Positions 9,601-18,426 of a DNA stretch of 25,543 nucleotides are shown here, one piece after another; positions within the stretch are counted from its first letter, which is position 1; each line of letters opens with the position of its first letter. The position numbers and the translations under genes are program-made. This DNA comes from Nitratifractor sp. (GTDB lineage Bacteria; Campylobacterota; Campylobacteria; Campylobacterales; Sulfurovaceae): NCBI GenBank assembly GCA_024762845.1, contig JANTGQ010000001.1, positions 1-25,543 of the forward strand. Reading direction: 5' to 3'. The notes below the pieces were generated by a model. It saw only the letters and a program-made list of their open reading frames with translations, was not told the origin of the DNA and did not search any database.

Positions 9601-9790
9601 CAGTTATGCCACGCTCCCTGCCAAGCTCTATCAATACTTTATCTAAATGAGTATTGTTGGTAGTAACAGCTTTATAGGCTCTTACCTTCTCATAATTTAT
9701 ATAGGTATTATAGAAAAGATAAGCAGCTGCTGCAACCAATATAAGTGCTGGAAGCAGTGTTATAAGTTTTAATTTACTCTTAATTTTCAT
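6611..9790 (-). CDS. Membrane-bound hybrid sensor histidine kinase: NIT-like extracytoplasmic sensor, HisKA, HATPase, one intact and two degenerate receiver domains
   Basis: Two transmembrane segments flank a helical sensor containing ELGRERG. H-box [12 protein letters not shown]; N/G boxes [18 protein letters not shown] and GGTGLGL; receiver LIFMDIQMP ... TANA ... SKP. Confidence 0.92.
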   Translation of the reverse strand: MKIKSKLKLITLLPALILVAAAAYLFYNTYINYEKVRAYKAVTTNNTHLDKVLIELGRERGITALHLASNKASYKELLKKQYKKTDAAIKEYKNNLISNSSTLLAKDYLFHEPISVDSQSYLKLNKKLNSLKEIRTSLVSLPAADYKKILDSYTTTLTTPVLKNLLQVERFLLDSDLNKINSALSNLYLSQEYSALLRDFLIFNIEKRNKITKDTLKQWMGYHAKAMRFDPNLIEDKELSQKISAFLNNSYSNLVEEKFVNVYDDILKNATTGNYTTDSIRLYTVLSKYTGLYSKSTAVIYNQAKEKLKENMQKHLLLVGLFGLLLLVSLLLILFGHKISKELEKNSSELELSLKRAVKELGETDPSVKEELQEINTIDFETSGGMRKGYKFLETMIESAKEDKVDAVEANKAKSYFLANMSHEIRTPMNGIIGFAELLKNTKLNDEQREYVTIIEKSSDNLLNIINNILDLSKLESNKVELEHVIFDSAKEFDSTIDTFAVIASEKNIELNYYLDPNISPKLKGDPTKLKEILTNLLNNAIKFTKAHGEIDVEIKKSFTVQDDNRVWVEFIVSDTGIGMSKQQLERIFQPFMQGDSSVNRKYGGTGLGLTITKEYVDLMGGELKVDSKEGVGSTFYFTLPIEEIESGIERYSGLFKELELLLYQNDKENHLVHYIEEYLKYYGAKYSLFESKDELKTLQNEYPNANVLVDINRASKELKDELHSLDKEKFVAISTLTNNEILKEYALPNERILFKPIGFNRFLNTLKFLSKLDTTKEQETPKVHTKYYGKVLVVEDNIINQKLIVNILKSFGLKVDVADHGKEAVDKRKVVNDYDLIFMDIQMPVMDGIEATKIIKKFEDENALNKVPIIALTANALKGDRERLLKEGLDEYISKPIEMAELLYILHKFLSHKSSIRLDILEKQNENRKNRSKTNIKEVQEEKKIESKPKKILIAKKFPLSNKILSTLVTSIGEVSDVLEKPEKLAHKIATEEYDILFTDEELLTSTLLQIISKQDMTVVLTEEANNLQDYNSIRVESINQLTNKDEIQALISKYRAK

Positions 9791-12085
9791 CTATTTATTA
9801 CTCTCGAAACTTTCTACTTCGCTCTCTAATCCCTTTAGTTTAGAGACAAACTCTTTTAAAAGCTCTTCTGACTTATCCATAGATTGAAGCTTCTGTAGAC
9901 TAAAAAGTGTCTCAGACACAGAGTCAAGCCGTAAATTACTTGCAGCACCTTTTAACATATGAGCTGTTGTTTGCATAGTTTTTATATCTTTCTCTTTATA
10001 AGCTTTTACCATTTGTGAAAGATGCTCTTTAGCCTGCGCAATAAAGTCATCTACAAACTCTAAAATCAGAGAAACTGGCAGATTTAAATCGTTAGATGCA
10101 TGATGAGGGTCAAAAGAGACATCTTTACTCTCTATCTTCTCTAAAAGAGATTGTGCAGATGTAATATCTATCACCTCTTGTGCAGGTAAAATCTCTTCTG
10201 CTACTTCTGCTTCTTTTAGCGCTTCTGTAGATACTAGCTTCTCTTCTGTTTCACTACTCTTTTCATCAATAACCTTCTTCTCACTAATGCTTTCAATAGC
10301 ACTCTTGTCGACTAACTTCTCTCTTAAGAGTGACTCAAAGAGAGTTACATCTCTTAATATACTACTATGGTCACTATTAGCATCTCTTAGCTCTTTTAAC
10401 TTTTTAGATACTGGGGTAAGAGATAATAACTCCGAAGCATCCTCTAGCATTGATATTGTAGAGTCTGATCGATTTTCCAAATCTTCTCTATAATTGTCTA
10501 GTTCATCTAAGTAGTTTCCTAACAGCATTTTATAACTATCTAAGTCTATACTGAGGTTCTTTGCATTTTGTTCTAAATTAACTCCATCTACTTGCATTTG
10601 AATTAGTTTATAGTAAAGCTTGCTACTATCTGCAGAAGATATTGTTTTACTCTCTTTTTTCTCTGCAACTACTTCTGATTGCAGCTGCGTAGGCTCTACA
10701 ACTTTTTTAATCTCTTGGGGCGCTACTGCCTCAGTTGTAACAGTTTGGCTTTTAGTTTCCTTAATCTTCTCTTGGTGCATTCGCTTTAGCTCTGCCAACT
10801 CTTGCTCTTCAAGTGTTGGCTCTGCTTCTTTTGTATCGATAATTATAGGTTCTTCTTCTACAGGTTCTTCTACTGTGCTCACTTTCTGAGTAGTAATACT
10901 CTCTTCTTTTGTCTCTATAACTGGTAGAACAACCTCATCTTCTTGCTCTTGTTTCTCAATAACTTCGCTATAGATTGGCTCCTGGCTTGTAACTTTTTCA
11001 GACTCTTCATAATCAGACTCTATAAACTTTTTCTCTTGGGAGTGCTCTTTTGTCTCTAGCAAGTCACTCGCAGTTGTTAGAACTTTCTCTTTATGGCTCT
11101 CTTCTAACTCTATATTCTCTTCGAGTTTTGAACCCCAAGGGAAAAGCTTCTCTTTAAGTCTGTTTAAACCTTTATTTTTGCTGCCACTCTCCTCTTCGCC
11201 ACCTGTTGCTACCTCTGCAATCTTCTCGAGTGGTTTTAGCTCTTCTTCGCCCTTCTCTTCTATAACAAGCTGTTGCTCATCTAATGGTTTGATATCAAAG
11301 TTTTCGCTCTCTTCTTTCTCTTCGACTGGGGTGAGCTCTTGTTCTACCTTTTCTACACTCTCTTGAGTCTTCTCTGGGGTAACTAACTCTATTGTATCAT
11401 TGTTACTTTCGTTCTCTTTTGCTTCGCTACTGTACTCTGTTAGTTTTATAGTTTCAGGAGTGGTAGTATCCTCACTCTTCTCTTCACTCTGTTCACTTTT
11501 ATGGTTTCCAAATAGTTTTACTGTTGCGTAACTCTCTGGTTCAACAGTTGGAGATTCACTTATACTCTCTTTAATAGTAAGATTTTCTTTATCTTCTACT
11601 ATTTGAGTCTCGGGCTCCAATGAGATAGTAGGGGCGATACTCTCTTCGATTACTTTGCTATTGCTCTCTTCGACCAAATCACTCTTTTCGATATCATCTT
11701 TTACTTTAGGAGTAACTTCACTCTTTTGGATAGTCGAGATTGTAGGTATAGAGAACTCATGGTCATCTTTTTTTATTACACCCTCACGCAGCTGCTTTAG
11801 ATAGTTAATACTCTCATCCTCTTCTACGATACTCTTTGACTCTTCAATAATATCACTCAGTTTATAGAGAGTTAATGTACCAAACGCCGAAAATAGTTTT
11901 GAACTCTCAAATCTGAGGTCCTCAGAAAAATTACTTGCTTTGAAAAGAGATGTTTCACTCTCAAGTCTTACGGTGCCATTTTTAAGAGAAGATGCTATTG
12001 CGCAAAGATCTCTTGAACCACTCTTTTCTAAAAACTCTTTGCTCGCTGCAACTATATAATTCTCGCTATTTGTAATAAAATACAT
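9791..12085 (-). CDS. Large acidic protein with a C-terminal Hpt domain, preceded by a His-less Hpt-like repeat
   Basis: Hpt motif TAHMLKGAASNLRL (His codon at 9959-9961), with about 400 aa of E/K/S/T-rich low-complexity sequence upstream. The stop codon abuts the kinase ATG. RBS AAGGA. Confidence 0.85.
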   Translation of the reverse strand: MYFITNSENYIVAASKEFLEKSGSRDLCAIASSLKNGTVRLESETSLFKASNFSEDLRFESSKLFSAFGTLTLYKLSDIIEESKSIVEEDESINYLKQLREGVIKKDDHEFSIPTISTIQKSEVTPKVKDDIEKSDLVEESNSKVIEESIAPTISLEPETQIVEDKENLTIKESISESPTVEPESYATVKLFGNHKSEQSEEKSEDTTTPETIKLTEYSSEAKENESNNDTIELVTPEKTQESVEKVEQELTPVEEKEESENFDIKPLDEQQLVIEEKGEEELKPLEKIAEVATGGEEESGSKNKGLNRLKEKLFPWGSKLEENIELEESHKEKVLTTASDLLETKEHSQEKKFIESDYEESEKVTSQEPIYSEVIEKQEQEDEVVLPVIETKEESITTQKVSTVEEPVEEEPIIIDTKEAEPTLEEQELAELKRMHQEKIKETKSQTVTTEAVAPQEIKKVVEPTQLQSEVVAEKKESKTISSADSSKLYYKLIQMQVDGVNLEQNAKNLSIDLDSYKMLLGNYLDELDNYREDLENRSDSTISMLEDASELLSLTPVSKKLKELRDANSDHSSILRDVTLFESLLREKLVDKSAIESISEKKVIDEKSSETEEKLVSTEALKEAEVAEEILPAQEVIDITSAQSLLEKIESKDVSFDPHHASNDLNLPVSLILEFVDDFIAQAKEHLSQMVKAYKEKDIKTMQTTAHMLKGAASNLRLDSVSETLFSLQKLQSMDKSEELLKEFVSKLKGLESEVESFESNK

Positions 12086-12180
12086 ACTATCATCCTTTAA
12101 AGCTTACTCTGCTGGTTATTGGTATTGAAAAATATCTTATGTATGATATTATATTACTCTTTAAAAAATGATTTATTTTC

Positions 12181-13998
12181 CTACTTTTCTATAATATTCA
12201 CACTTTTTAGCAGATTTGCTATTCTTTTATTGGTGATTTTTGCAATTTCACTATGCTCTGCACTCTCAATTGCTTCGAAAGTACCGAAGTAATTGAGTAA
12301 TTTTTTTACAATTTGTGGACCAACACCTTTATGATGATAGATCTCTAAACCAAGATCTTCTTTACGCTTTTTACTCTTGTGGTAACTTATAGCAAAACGG
12401 TGCGCTTCATCTCGGAGTCTCTGCAGAAACATTAATCGTTTGTCACTACTTTTTAATCGGACTATTTCTCCATTTTGTGTATAAATAATATCGTTTGCGG
12501 CACCTTTGGCTCTATGGGCTTTTGCATCTACTTTCTCTTTCGCAATGGCTAGAATATCTAAAGAGATATGCTCTTTATCTAAAATAGAGTGTGCTAGCTT
12601 TAGCAGAGTCGCCCCTCCATCAAGAAGCCATAAGTCAGGTGGGGACTCTTTAGAAAAACTCTCTACCCTGCGTTCTAGCATCTCTTTCATCTGAGCATAT
12701 TCATCTTTTGCCTGCAACTCATATCTGCGGTAACTCTTTTTATCCCAGCTGTTTTCATCCCAAACCACCATTGCTCCAACTGTTGCCTGTCCCATCATGT
12801 GGGAGTTGTCGAATACTTCTACTCTATAGGGTGCTAGTTGGAGTGTAAAGAGCTCTTTAATATCGTTTGCAATTGAGTAGCTGCTATCTTCTCTATTCTC
12901 TTTTAAGAGCTCTTTTGCATTTTTAATAGCTAAATCTATTAACTTCGCTTTATTGCCCGCTTTTGGAGCCTCTATAAATACTTTAGAGCCGATAGCCGTA
13001 CTTATAAGCTCTTGTGCGGCTTCAAGATCATCAAACTCTTGCGGAACCAAAACACGTTGAACCCCCATACTTATTGCTCTTTGGTAGTGGTCTACTACTA
13101 TCTGTTTATAGGCTTCACTACTATCAAACATCTGCGTATTTCTAAAGTAGTTATGTGTTGAAGAGACTATTTTCCCCTCTCTCATAAAAATTTTTACAAC
13201 AACACCTCTTTGCTCACCATTGACGACCACAAAAATATCATAGTTTGCTCGCGATGCAATATCTATTGTAGATTTCATCTGCAGTGCATTAATAACTTCT
13301 ACTCTATCTCTTAGTTTCGCGGCCTCTTCAAAACGCTCATTCGCTGCTAATGTAAACATTCTCTCGCTTATCTTATCGATTAGAATTTTTCTATTATTAA
13401 GCGCATACTTTGCCTCTTTTACAATTTTGGCATAACTGTTCTTGCTTATTTTACCCTCGCAGGGTGCTAGGCATTTGCCTATTTCGTAAAAGAGGCACGC
13501 TTTATTACCTTTAATACAACTCTTCTTTTGTACTAAGGGAAAGAAGTCATATAACGAATCAAGCAGCACCTTCGAGCCGCTTGGAAATGGTCCATAGTAT
13601 TTAAGTTTTGGCGATTTAATAACTTTTCTACTTATCTCAAAACGTGGAAACTCTTCGCTCTCATCTATTGTTATATAGGGATAGGTCTTATCGTCTCGAA
13701 GGAGAATATTATATTTGGGTTTGAGCTGTTTGATAAGTGAGTTTTCAAGAATGAGTGCATCCTCTTCGCTTGAGACAACAATATAGTCGAGATAGCTTGC
13801 CTCTTGGAGCATTTTACCAATTCGGGTAGTGTATGAGTATTTTGGAGTAATATCTGGCGTAAGGCGCCAATAGCTCTTTACTCTATTATTAAGATTTTTT
13901 GCTTTTCCTACATAAAGCAGCCGCTGCTGCGAGTCGAAATATTGGTATACACCTGGCTCTTTTGGAAGGTTTTTAATACTCTCATTAATTGTCTTCAC
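12181..13998 (-). CDS. uvrC: Excinuclease ABC subunit C
   Basis: GIY-YIG domain (PGVYQYF..LLYVGKAKNL), cysteine cluster CIK..ACLFYEIGKCLAPC, RNase H-like FDNSH and LDGG, RDEAHRFA, and a C-terminal HhH motif. Confidence 0.97.
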   Translation of the reverse strand: MKTINESIKNLPKEPGVYQYFDSQQRLLYVGKAKNLNNRVKSYWRLTPDITPKYSYTTRIGKMLQEASYLDYIVVSSEEDALILENSLIKQLKPKYNILLRDDKTYPYITIDESEEFPRFEISRKVIKSPKLKYYGPFPSGSKVLLDSLYDFFPLVQKKSCIKGNKACLFYEIGKCLAPCEGKISKNSYAKIVKEAKYALNNRKILIDKISERMFTLAANERFEEAAKLRDRVEVINALQMKSTIDIASRANYDIFVVVNGEQRGVVVKIFMREGKIVSSTHNYFRNTQMFDSSEAYKQIVVDHYQRAISMGVQRVLVPQEFDDLEAAQELISTAIGSKVFIEAPKAGNKAKLIDLAIKNAKELLKENREDSSYSIANDIKELFTLQLAPYRVEVFDNSHMMGQATVGAMVVWDENSWDKKSYRRYELQAKDEYAQMKEMLERRVESFSKESPPDLWLLDGGATLLKLAHSILDKEHISLDILAIAKEKVDAKAHRAKGAANDIIYTQNGEIVRLKSSDKRLMFLQRLRDEAHRFAISYHKSKKRKEDLGLEIYHHKGVGPQIVKKLLNYFGTFEAIESAEHSEIAKITNKRIANLLKSVNIIEK

Positions 13999-14443
13999 GG
14001 TTTCTAAGAATATCCTCTCTTATTTTTTTAAAAATCTCTGTTAATTCATCTTTGCTTGATTGTATCTCAAAATCGCCATATGCCAACTCCCTATATTTGG
14101 GGTCACTATTAGAGATATAACTTTCTGGTTTTGTATGGTATTTTGATACAAAAAACTCCACCTTTTCAATATGCGAAAAAGTCTCTTTGCACGATTGCTC
14201 AATAAAACTTAACTCTTTTAATAGGCTTTTTACTAAATCTTTATTATAATTTAGCTCCATTTTGTATCCGGGATGCGACAATCCTCCAAAAAGTGTATTG
14301 TTTCGGATATAAAAAAAAGCTATCGCTTTTTGAAACCTCGCAGGCAGAAGTGCCTGTAACTTATTTAAACAGGAGTATTTATGAATCGACTTAAAGTTGG
14401 GTCTGCTTTTCACACTATTAAGAATTTGGTTCGCTTTTTTCAT
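13985..14443 (-). CDS. Conserved Campylobacterota protein upstream of uvrC; possibly DUF721/DciA-like
   Basis: 152 aa ORF overlapping the uvrC start by 14 bp. The segment IRNNTLFGGLSHPGYKMELNY resembles the KH-like core of DUF721/DciA proteins. The family assignment is by eye only. Confidence 0.55.
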   Translation of the reverse strand: MKKANQILNSVKSRPNFKSIHKYSCLNKLQALLPARFQKAIAFFYIRNNTLFGGLSHPGYKMELNYNKDLVKSLLKELSFIEQSCKETFSHIEKVEFFVSKYHTKPESYISNSDPKYRELAYGDFEIQSSKDELTEIFKKIREDILRNREDN

Positions 14444-14554
14444 ATCGCGATTATAGCATCTTTTCTACTAATTGCAACGACAAGCGGATGTGGTTATAAA
14501 ACATCTCCTGTATGGGTAGATAAGAGTGCGAAGGCTCAGAGTGCCAAAAAATAA
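14426..14554 (+). CDS. Small putative lipoprotein (42 aa from TTG 14426; 57 aa from the in-frame ATG at 14381)
   Basis: Below the ORF-track cutoff. Translation: [42 protein letters not shown], with a hydrophobic h-region and a lipobox-like TSGC. The stop overlaps the nadB start. The ATG at 14381 has AGGAG at 14371-14375. Confidence 0.6.
   Translation: MVRFFHIAIIASFLLIATTSGCGYKTSPVWVDKSAKAQSAKK
14450..14458 (-). promoter_or_regulatory. Extended -10 promoter TGcTATAAT predicting a leaderless mRNA for the ORF-uvrC operon
   Basis: The minus strand reads TGCTATAAT-cgcgat-ATG. Only 6 nt separate the -10 box from the start codon, and there is no Shine-Dalgarno sequence. Confidence 0.75.
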
Positions 14555-16004
14555 GAGATACGATACTATTATTATTGGTGCCGGAATTGCCGGTCTATAT
14601 TTGGCAAGTAAATTGCCCAAAGATAAAAAGGTACTTGTACTCTGTAAAGATATCCCCTGGGAGTGTAATACATTTTATGCACAGGGCGGTATGGTTACAG
14701 CCCTGGATGAAAACGATATAGAACCCCACGTTTTAGATACTCTGGAGGCTGGCTCGTACCATAATGTAAAAGCAGCAGTCGAGGCGCTATCAAGAGACTC
14801 AATAGCAATTAGAGAAGATTTTGTCAAACATGGGATGGAGTTTGACAGCGCAGAAGATGGCAGACTACTCTATACAAAAGAGGCAGCACACTCTACAAGT
14901 CGAATTTTGCATGCCGGTGGTGATGCAACTGGTAGATATATGCATATGTTTTTAATGCAGCAAAATCTCCATATGCTACAGAAAAACTCCCTTGTTTACG
15001 ACCTTTTAATAGAGGGTGGAAGATGTTACGGTGTACGCCTAATGAAAGACTATAAACCCGAAACCCTCTATGCAAACTCTGTAGTAATTGCTAGTGGTGG
15101 AATAGGCTCTCTTTACCAATATAACACCAACTCTCGAACTGTCAGTGCAGATATACACGGTATATGTGTAGAGAAAGGGATAGAGTTAAAAGATATGGAG
15201 TTTATGCAGTTTCACCCAACTGTCTTTGTAAAAACCCCATTTGCAAGAAAACTCTTGCTTACAGAAGCCTTGCGAGGTGAGGGTGCATGGATTGTAGATG
15301 AAGATGGAAAAAGATTCCTATTCGACTATGACCCCCGAGGCGAATTGGCAAGTCGAGATATAGTCTCTCGCTCTATTTTTCTCTACAAGAGAGAGAGTGG
15401 TAAAAAAGTCTATTTAGATTTTAGTATGTTTGACGAAGATTGGTTCATTAAACGTTTCCCTAATATTACTAAAACGTTTAAAGCTATCGGATATAATCTT
15501 CCACGAGACAGAGTAGAGATATCTCCGGCATTTCACTATGCAAATGGTGGTATTGCATGCGATTTAGAGGGTAGGGTGCCAGGTATTAAAGGGCTTTATG
15601 TAGCAGGAGAAGCTGCAAGAACAGGGGTGCATGGTGCAAACAGACTCGCATCTAACTCGCTTTTAGAAGGAGCAGTATTTGCAAAAAGGTGTGCAGATGC
15701 CATATTGCAAGATGACAACTGCTGGGAACACGAGCCAAATTTCGACAAAGACTACGATACTCTTCTACACGAAGAGAATGATAAAAGCTATAAACATAAA
15801 CTCAGAGAGATTATGTGGAAAGATGTTGGAATTGTACGGACCAAAAGCGGATTATTAGAGGCAAAAAATTTTATTTACGATACTAAAAGCAAAAAAATAG
15901 GCAGATTGCTTGAGCTTCGTTTAAACACTGCTGCAGCTATTGTTATGTCTGCACTTAGACGCGAAGAGTCTCTGGGCTCACACTATATAGAAGAAAAATA
16001 TTAA
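14541..16004 (+). CDS. nadB: L-aspartate oxidase (start GTG 14541 preferred; GTG 14526 possible)
   Basis: FAD-binding IIGAGIAG; NTFYAQGG lacks the covalent-FAD His of SdhA/FrdA; also [27 protein letters not shown] and [15 protein letters not shown]. Confidence 0.93.
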   Translation: MPKNKRYDTIIIGAGIAGLYLASKLPKDKKVLVLCKDIPWECNTFYAQGGMVTALDENDIEPHVLDTLEAGSYHNVKAAVEALSRDSIAIREDFVKHGMEFDSAEDGRLLYTKEAAHSTSRILHAGGDATGRYMHMFLMQQNLHMLQKNSLVYDLLIEGGRCYGVRLMKDYKPETLYANSVVIASGGIGSLYQYNTNSRTVSADIHGICVEKGIELKDMEFMQFHPTVFVKTPFARKLLLTEALRGEGAWIVDEDGKRFLFDYDPRGELASRDIVSRSIFLYKRESGKKVYLDFSMFDEDWFIKRFPNITKTFKAIGYNLPRDRVEISPAFHYANGGIACDLEGRVPGIKGLYVAGEAARTGVHGANRLASNSLLEGAVFAKRCADAILQDDNCWEHEPNFDKDYDTLLHEENDKSYKHKLREIMWKDVGIVRTKSGLLEAKNFIYDTKSKKIGRLLELRLNTAAAIVMSALRREESLGSHYIEEKY

Positions 16005-16012
16005 GGATAGAT

Positions 16013-17554
16013 ATGAAACAAGTACCAATAGTGGTTTTAGATTTTGGCTCACAATATACACAACTGATTGCAAGAAAGTTGAGAGAGAGCGGAGTTTATA
16101 CAGAGGTAGTGCCATATAGAGAGTCTATAGAAGATATTAAAAAAAGAGGACCAAAAGGTATTATACTTTCTGGTGGTCCAGCTTCTGTTTATGCAGAAGA
16201 TGCATACAAACCAGACGAAGAGATTTGGAACCTAGGTTTGCCAATTTTAGGTATATGTTATGGAATGCAGCTCATTACACAACACTTTGGTGGCGAAGTG
16301 GTAGCCGCAGACCACCAAGAGTATGGGAAAGCAAAGCTGCATATAGAAGATGATAATAGTCTAATATTTAAAAATATCAACCAAGATAGCATAGTATGGA
16401 TGAGTCATGGTGATAGAGCAGAGAAATTGCCCAAAGGGTTTAGTGTAGTTGGTACAAGCGAAAACTCTCCGTATGCGGCAATTGCCAGCGAAGAGAAAAA
16501 AATATATGCATTCCAGTTTCACCCGGAGGTACACCACTCGGTAGAGGGCACTAAGCTACTTAAAAACTTCGCCAAATATATTTGTGGCTGTGAAAGCACA
16601 TGGAATATGGGCAGTTTTGCAAAAGAGAAGATAGCACAAATTCAAAAACAGGTTGGCGATAAAAAAGTACTTTGTGGTGTTAGTGGTGGGGTAGATAGCT
16701 CCGTAGTTGCTGCAATGCTAAACGAAGCATTGCCAAAAGAGCAATTAGTTTGTGTATTTGTAGACCAGGGATTGCTAAGAAAAGATGAAGCAGAACAAGT
16801 GCAGGATATGTTTAAACTTTTAGATATTTCACTAATTACTTTAGATGCAAAAGAGCAATTTATAGGTGCTCTTAAAGGTATTACCGACCCAGAACAAAAG
16901 CGTAAAATTATTGGAGAGAAGTTTATAGAGGAGTTCGATAAAGAGGCAAGTAGACATACTGATGTAAGCTTTCTTGCACAAGGTACACTCTACACTGATG
17001 TTATCGAATCTGTAAGTGTTAAGGGTCCTAGTAAAACTATTAAATCGCACCATAATGTTGGTGGTTTACCAGACTGGATGACTTTTGAGCTAGTTGAACC
17101 ACTAAGAGAAATCTTTAAAGACGAGGTTAGAAAACTAGGGCTAGAGCTAGGTTTACCTAAACATATGATAGAGCGCCACCCGTTCCCTGGACCAGGACTT
17201 GCTATTCGCGTCATGGGTGAAGTAAATGAAGAAGCTCTAAGACTACTCCGAGAGAGTGATGCAATTATGCAAGAGGAGCTAAGAGCTTCAGGATACTACA
17301 ACAAAGTATGGCAAGCTTTTACCGTACTGCTTAATGTACAATCTGTAGGAGTAATGGGTGATAATAGAACATACGACAATACCGTATGCGTACGAATGGT
17401 AGAGAGCGTAGACGGCATGACCGCAACATTTGCCCACATACCACACGATATTTTAGAGTCTATCAGCCGTAGAATAATAAATGAAATCGATGGCATAAAC
17501 CGTGTTGTCTACGACATAAGCTCTAAACCACCTGCCACAATAGAGTGGGAGTAG
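16013..17554 (+). CDS. guaA: GMP synthase (glutamine-hydrolysing)
   Basis: [44 protein letters not shown] and C-terminal [18 protein letters not shown]. Confidence 0.98.
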   Translation: MKQVPIVVLDFGSQYTQLIARKLRESGVYTEVVPYRESIEDIKKRGPKGIILSGGPASVYAEDAYKPDEEIWNLGLPILGICYGMQLITQHFGGEVVAADHQEYGKAKLHIEDDNSLIFKNINQDSIVWMSHGDRAEKLPKGFSVVGTSENSPYAAIASEEKKIYAFQFHPEVHHSVEGTKLLKNFAKYICGCESTWNMGSFAKEKIAQIQKQVGDKKVLCGVSGGVDSSVVAAMLNEALPKEQLVCVFVDQGLLRKDEAEQVQDMFKLLDISLITLDAKEQFIGALKGITDPEQKRKIIGEKFIEEFDKEASRHTDVSFLAQGTLYTDVIESVSVKGPSKTIKSHHNVGGLPDWMTFELVEPLREIFKDEVRKLGLELGLPKHMIERHPFPGPGLAIRVMGEVNEEALRLLRESDAIMQEELRASGYYNKVWQAFTVLLNVQSVGVMGDNRTYDNTVCVRMVESVDGMTATFAHIPHDILESISRRIINEIDGINRVVYDISSKPPATIEWE

Positions 17555-17559
17555 AGCTA

Positions 17560-17928
17560 GTGGCTCACCACAATAAACCGAAGTTTAATTTATTTAAAAA
17601 CATAGGGTATGCACTAAGCGGGGCTAAAATTGTACTAAAAGGAGAGACATCTTTTAAAATACAGTTATTTGTAATTGCTGTAATTGGTACTGTTTTGCTC
17701 TTTTTAAATTTAACTACACTTACCAAGCTAGTACTATTCTTTTCGACATGGTTAATACTTATTGCCGAAGCATTTAACAGTGCTGTTGAGCGTGTGGTTG
17801 ACCTTGTAACAAAAGAGTATGCACCATTGGCAAAAGAGGCAAAAGATATTGGCTCTTTTGGTGTACTGCTTACGTTTCTTTTTATAGCTTCAGTTTGGGG
17901 AGTAACGCTTTATCTTGAATTTAGATAA
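17560..17928 (+). CDS. dgkA: Diacylglycerol kinase (prokaryotic DAGK family)
   Basis: YALSG..ETSFKIQL, EAFNSAVERVVD and AKEAKDIGS with three hydrophobic segments. The start is reassigned to GTG 17560, with GGGAG RBS at 17547-17551; the ORF-track start at 17545 lies inside guaA. Confidence 0.9.
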   Translation: MAHHNKPKFNLFKNIGYALSGAKIVLKGETSFKIQLFVIAVIGTVLLFLNLTTLTKLVLFFSTWLILIAEAFNSAVERVVDLVTKEYAPLAKEAKDIGSFGVLLTFLFIASVWGVTLYLEFR

Positions 17929-17940
17929 AAGTATCTACTT

Positions 17941-18423
17941 TTATATCTCTTTTTCCATGAATTCAGCTATACCTGTAGAAGGATTAAGCTCGTAATTTTT
18001 AAATCCAAATTTTATATAAGATGACTTTGCAGGTTTATTTTTGCTTAGCACTTCTAAAGTCAGTTTACAGCAGCCTTTGGCAATTGCTATCTCTTCTATC
18101 TTTTGTAACATTTCTTGACTTAGACCTTTTCCACGATACTCCTGCAGTACTGCTAAATCATGAATATTTAGTAATGGCTTAGATTTAAAAGTAGAGAATG
18201 CTTCAAATGCGTTGATTAAGCCAGCTGGTTTACTATTTACATAGGCTAAAATAGTAATTGCATGGGGTATCTGTTTTAGAGAAGATACTAGATTCTCTTT
18301 AGCATACTGTGATAACTCTTCTCCTCCACCCATTGGGTCTTTGGCATAGCTATTGAGAAGATAGAGTATATCTTTTGCATGCTCCACATTTGTGTAATCT
18401 GCTTGTAGTATTTCTATATTCAT
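17941..18423 (-). CDS. GNAT family N-acetyltransferase
   Basis: Acetyl-CoA-binding motif A IHDLAVLQEYRGKGLS, followed by CKLTLEV..N..A...Y.KFGF. Confidence 0.9.
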   Translation of the reverse strand: MNIEILQADYTNVEHAKDILYLLNSYAKDPMGGGEELSQYAKENLVSSLKQIPHAITILAYVNSKPAGLINAFEAFSTFKSKPLLNIHDLAVLQEYRGKGLSQEMLQKIEEIAIAKGCCKLTLEVLSKNKPAKSSYIKFGFKNYELNPSTGIAEFMEKEI

Positions 18424-18426
18424 ATA

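Noticed and set aside
6708-11366. Plus-strand ORFs at 6708, 7467, 8265, 10287, 10620 and 11178
   Set aside because: Ser/Phe/Leu-rich mirror translations of the Glu/Lys-rich kinase and Hpt genes.
14526-16004. Succinate dehydrogenase or fumarate reductase flavoprotein as an alternative call for nadB
   Set aside because: It lacks the covalent-FAD histidine, is too short, and has no adjacent Fe-S or membrane subunits.
12506-17496. ORFs at 12506, 14893, 16841, 16990 and 17296
   Set aside because: Antisense to uvrC, nadB or guaA, with no recognisable product.
17922-17937. TAGATA-aaag-TATCTA hairpin between convergent dgkA and GNAT
   Set aside because: Only 6 bp and AT-rich, too weak to call a terminator.
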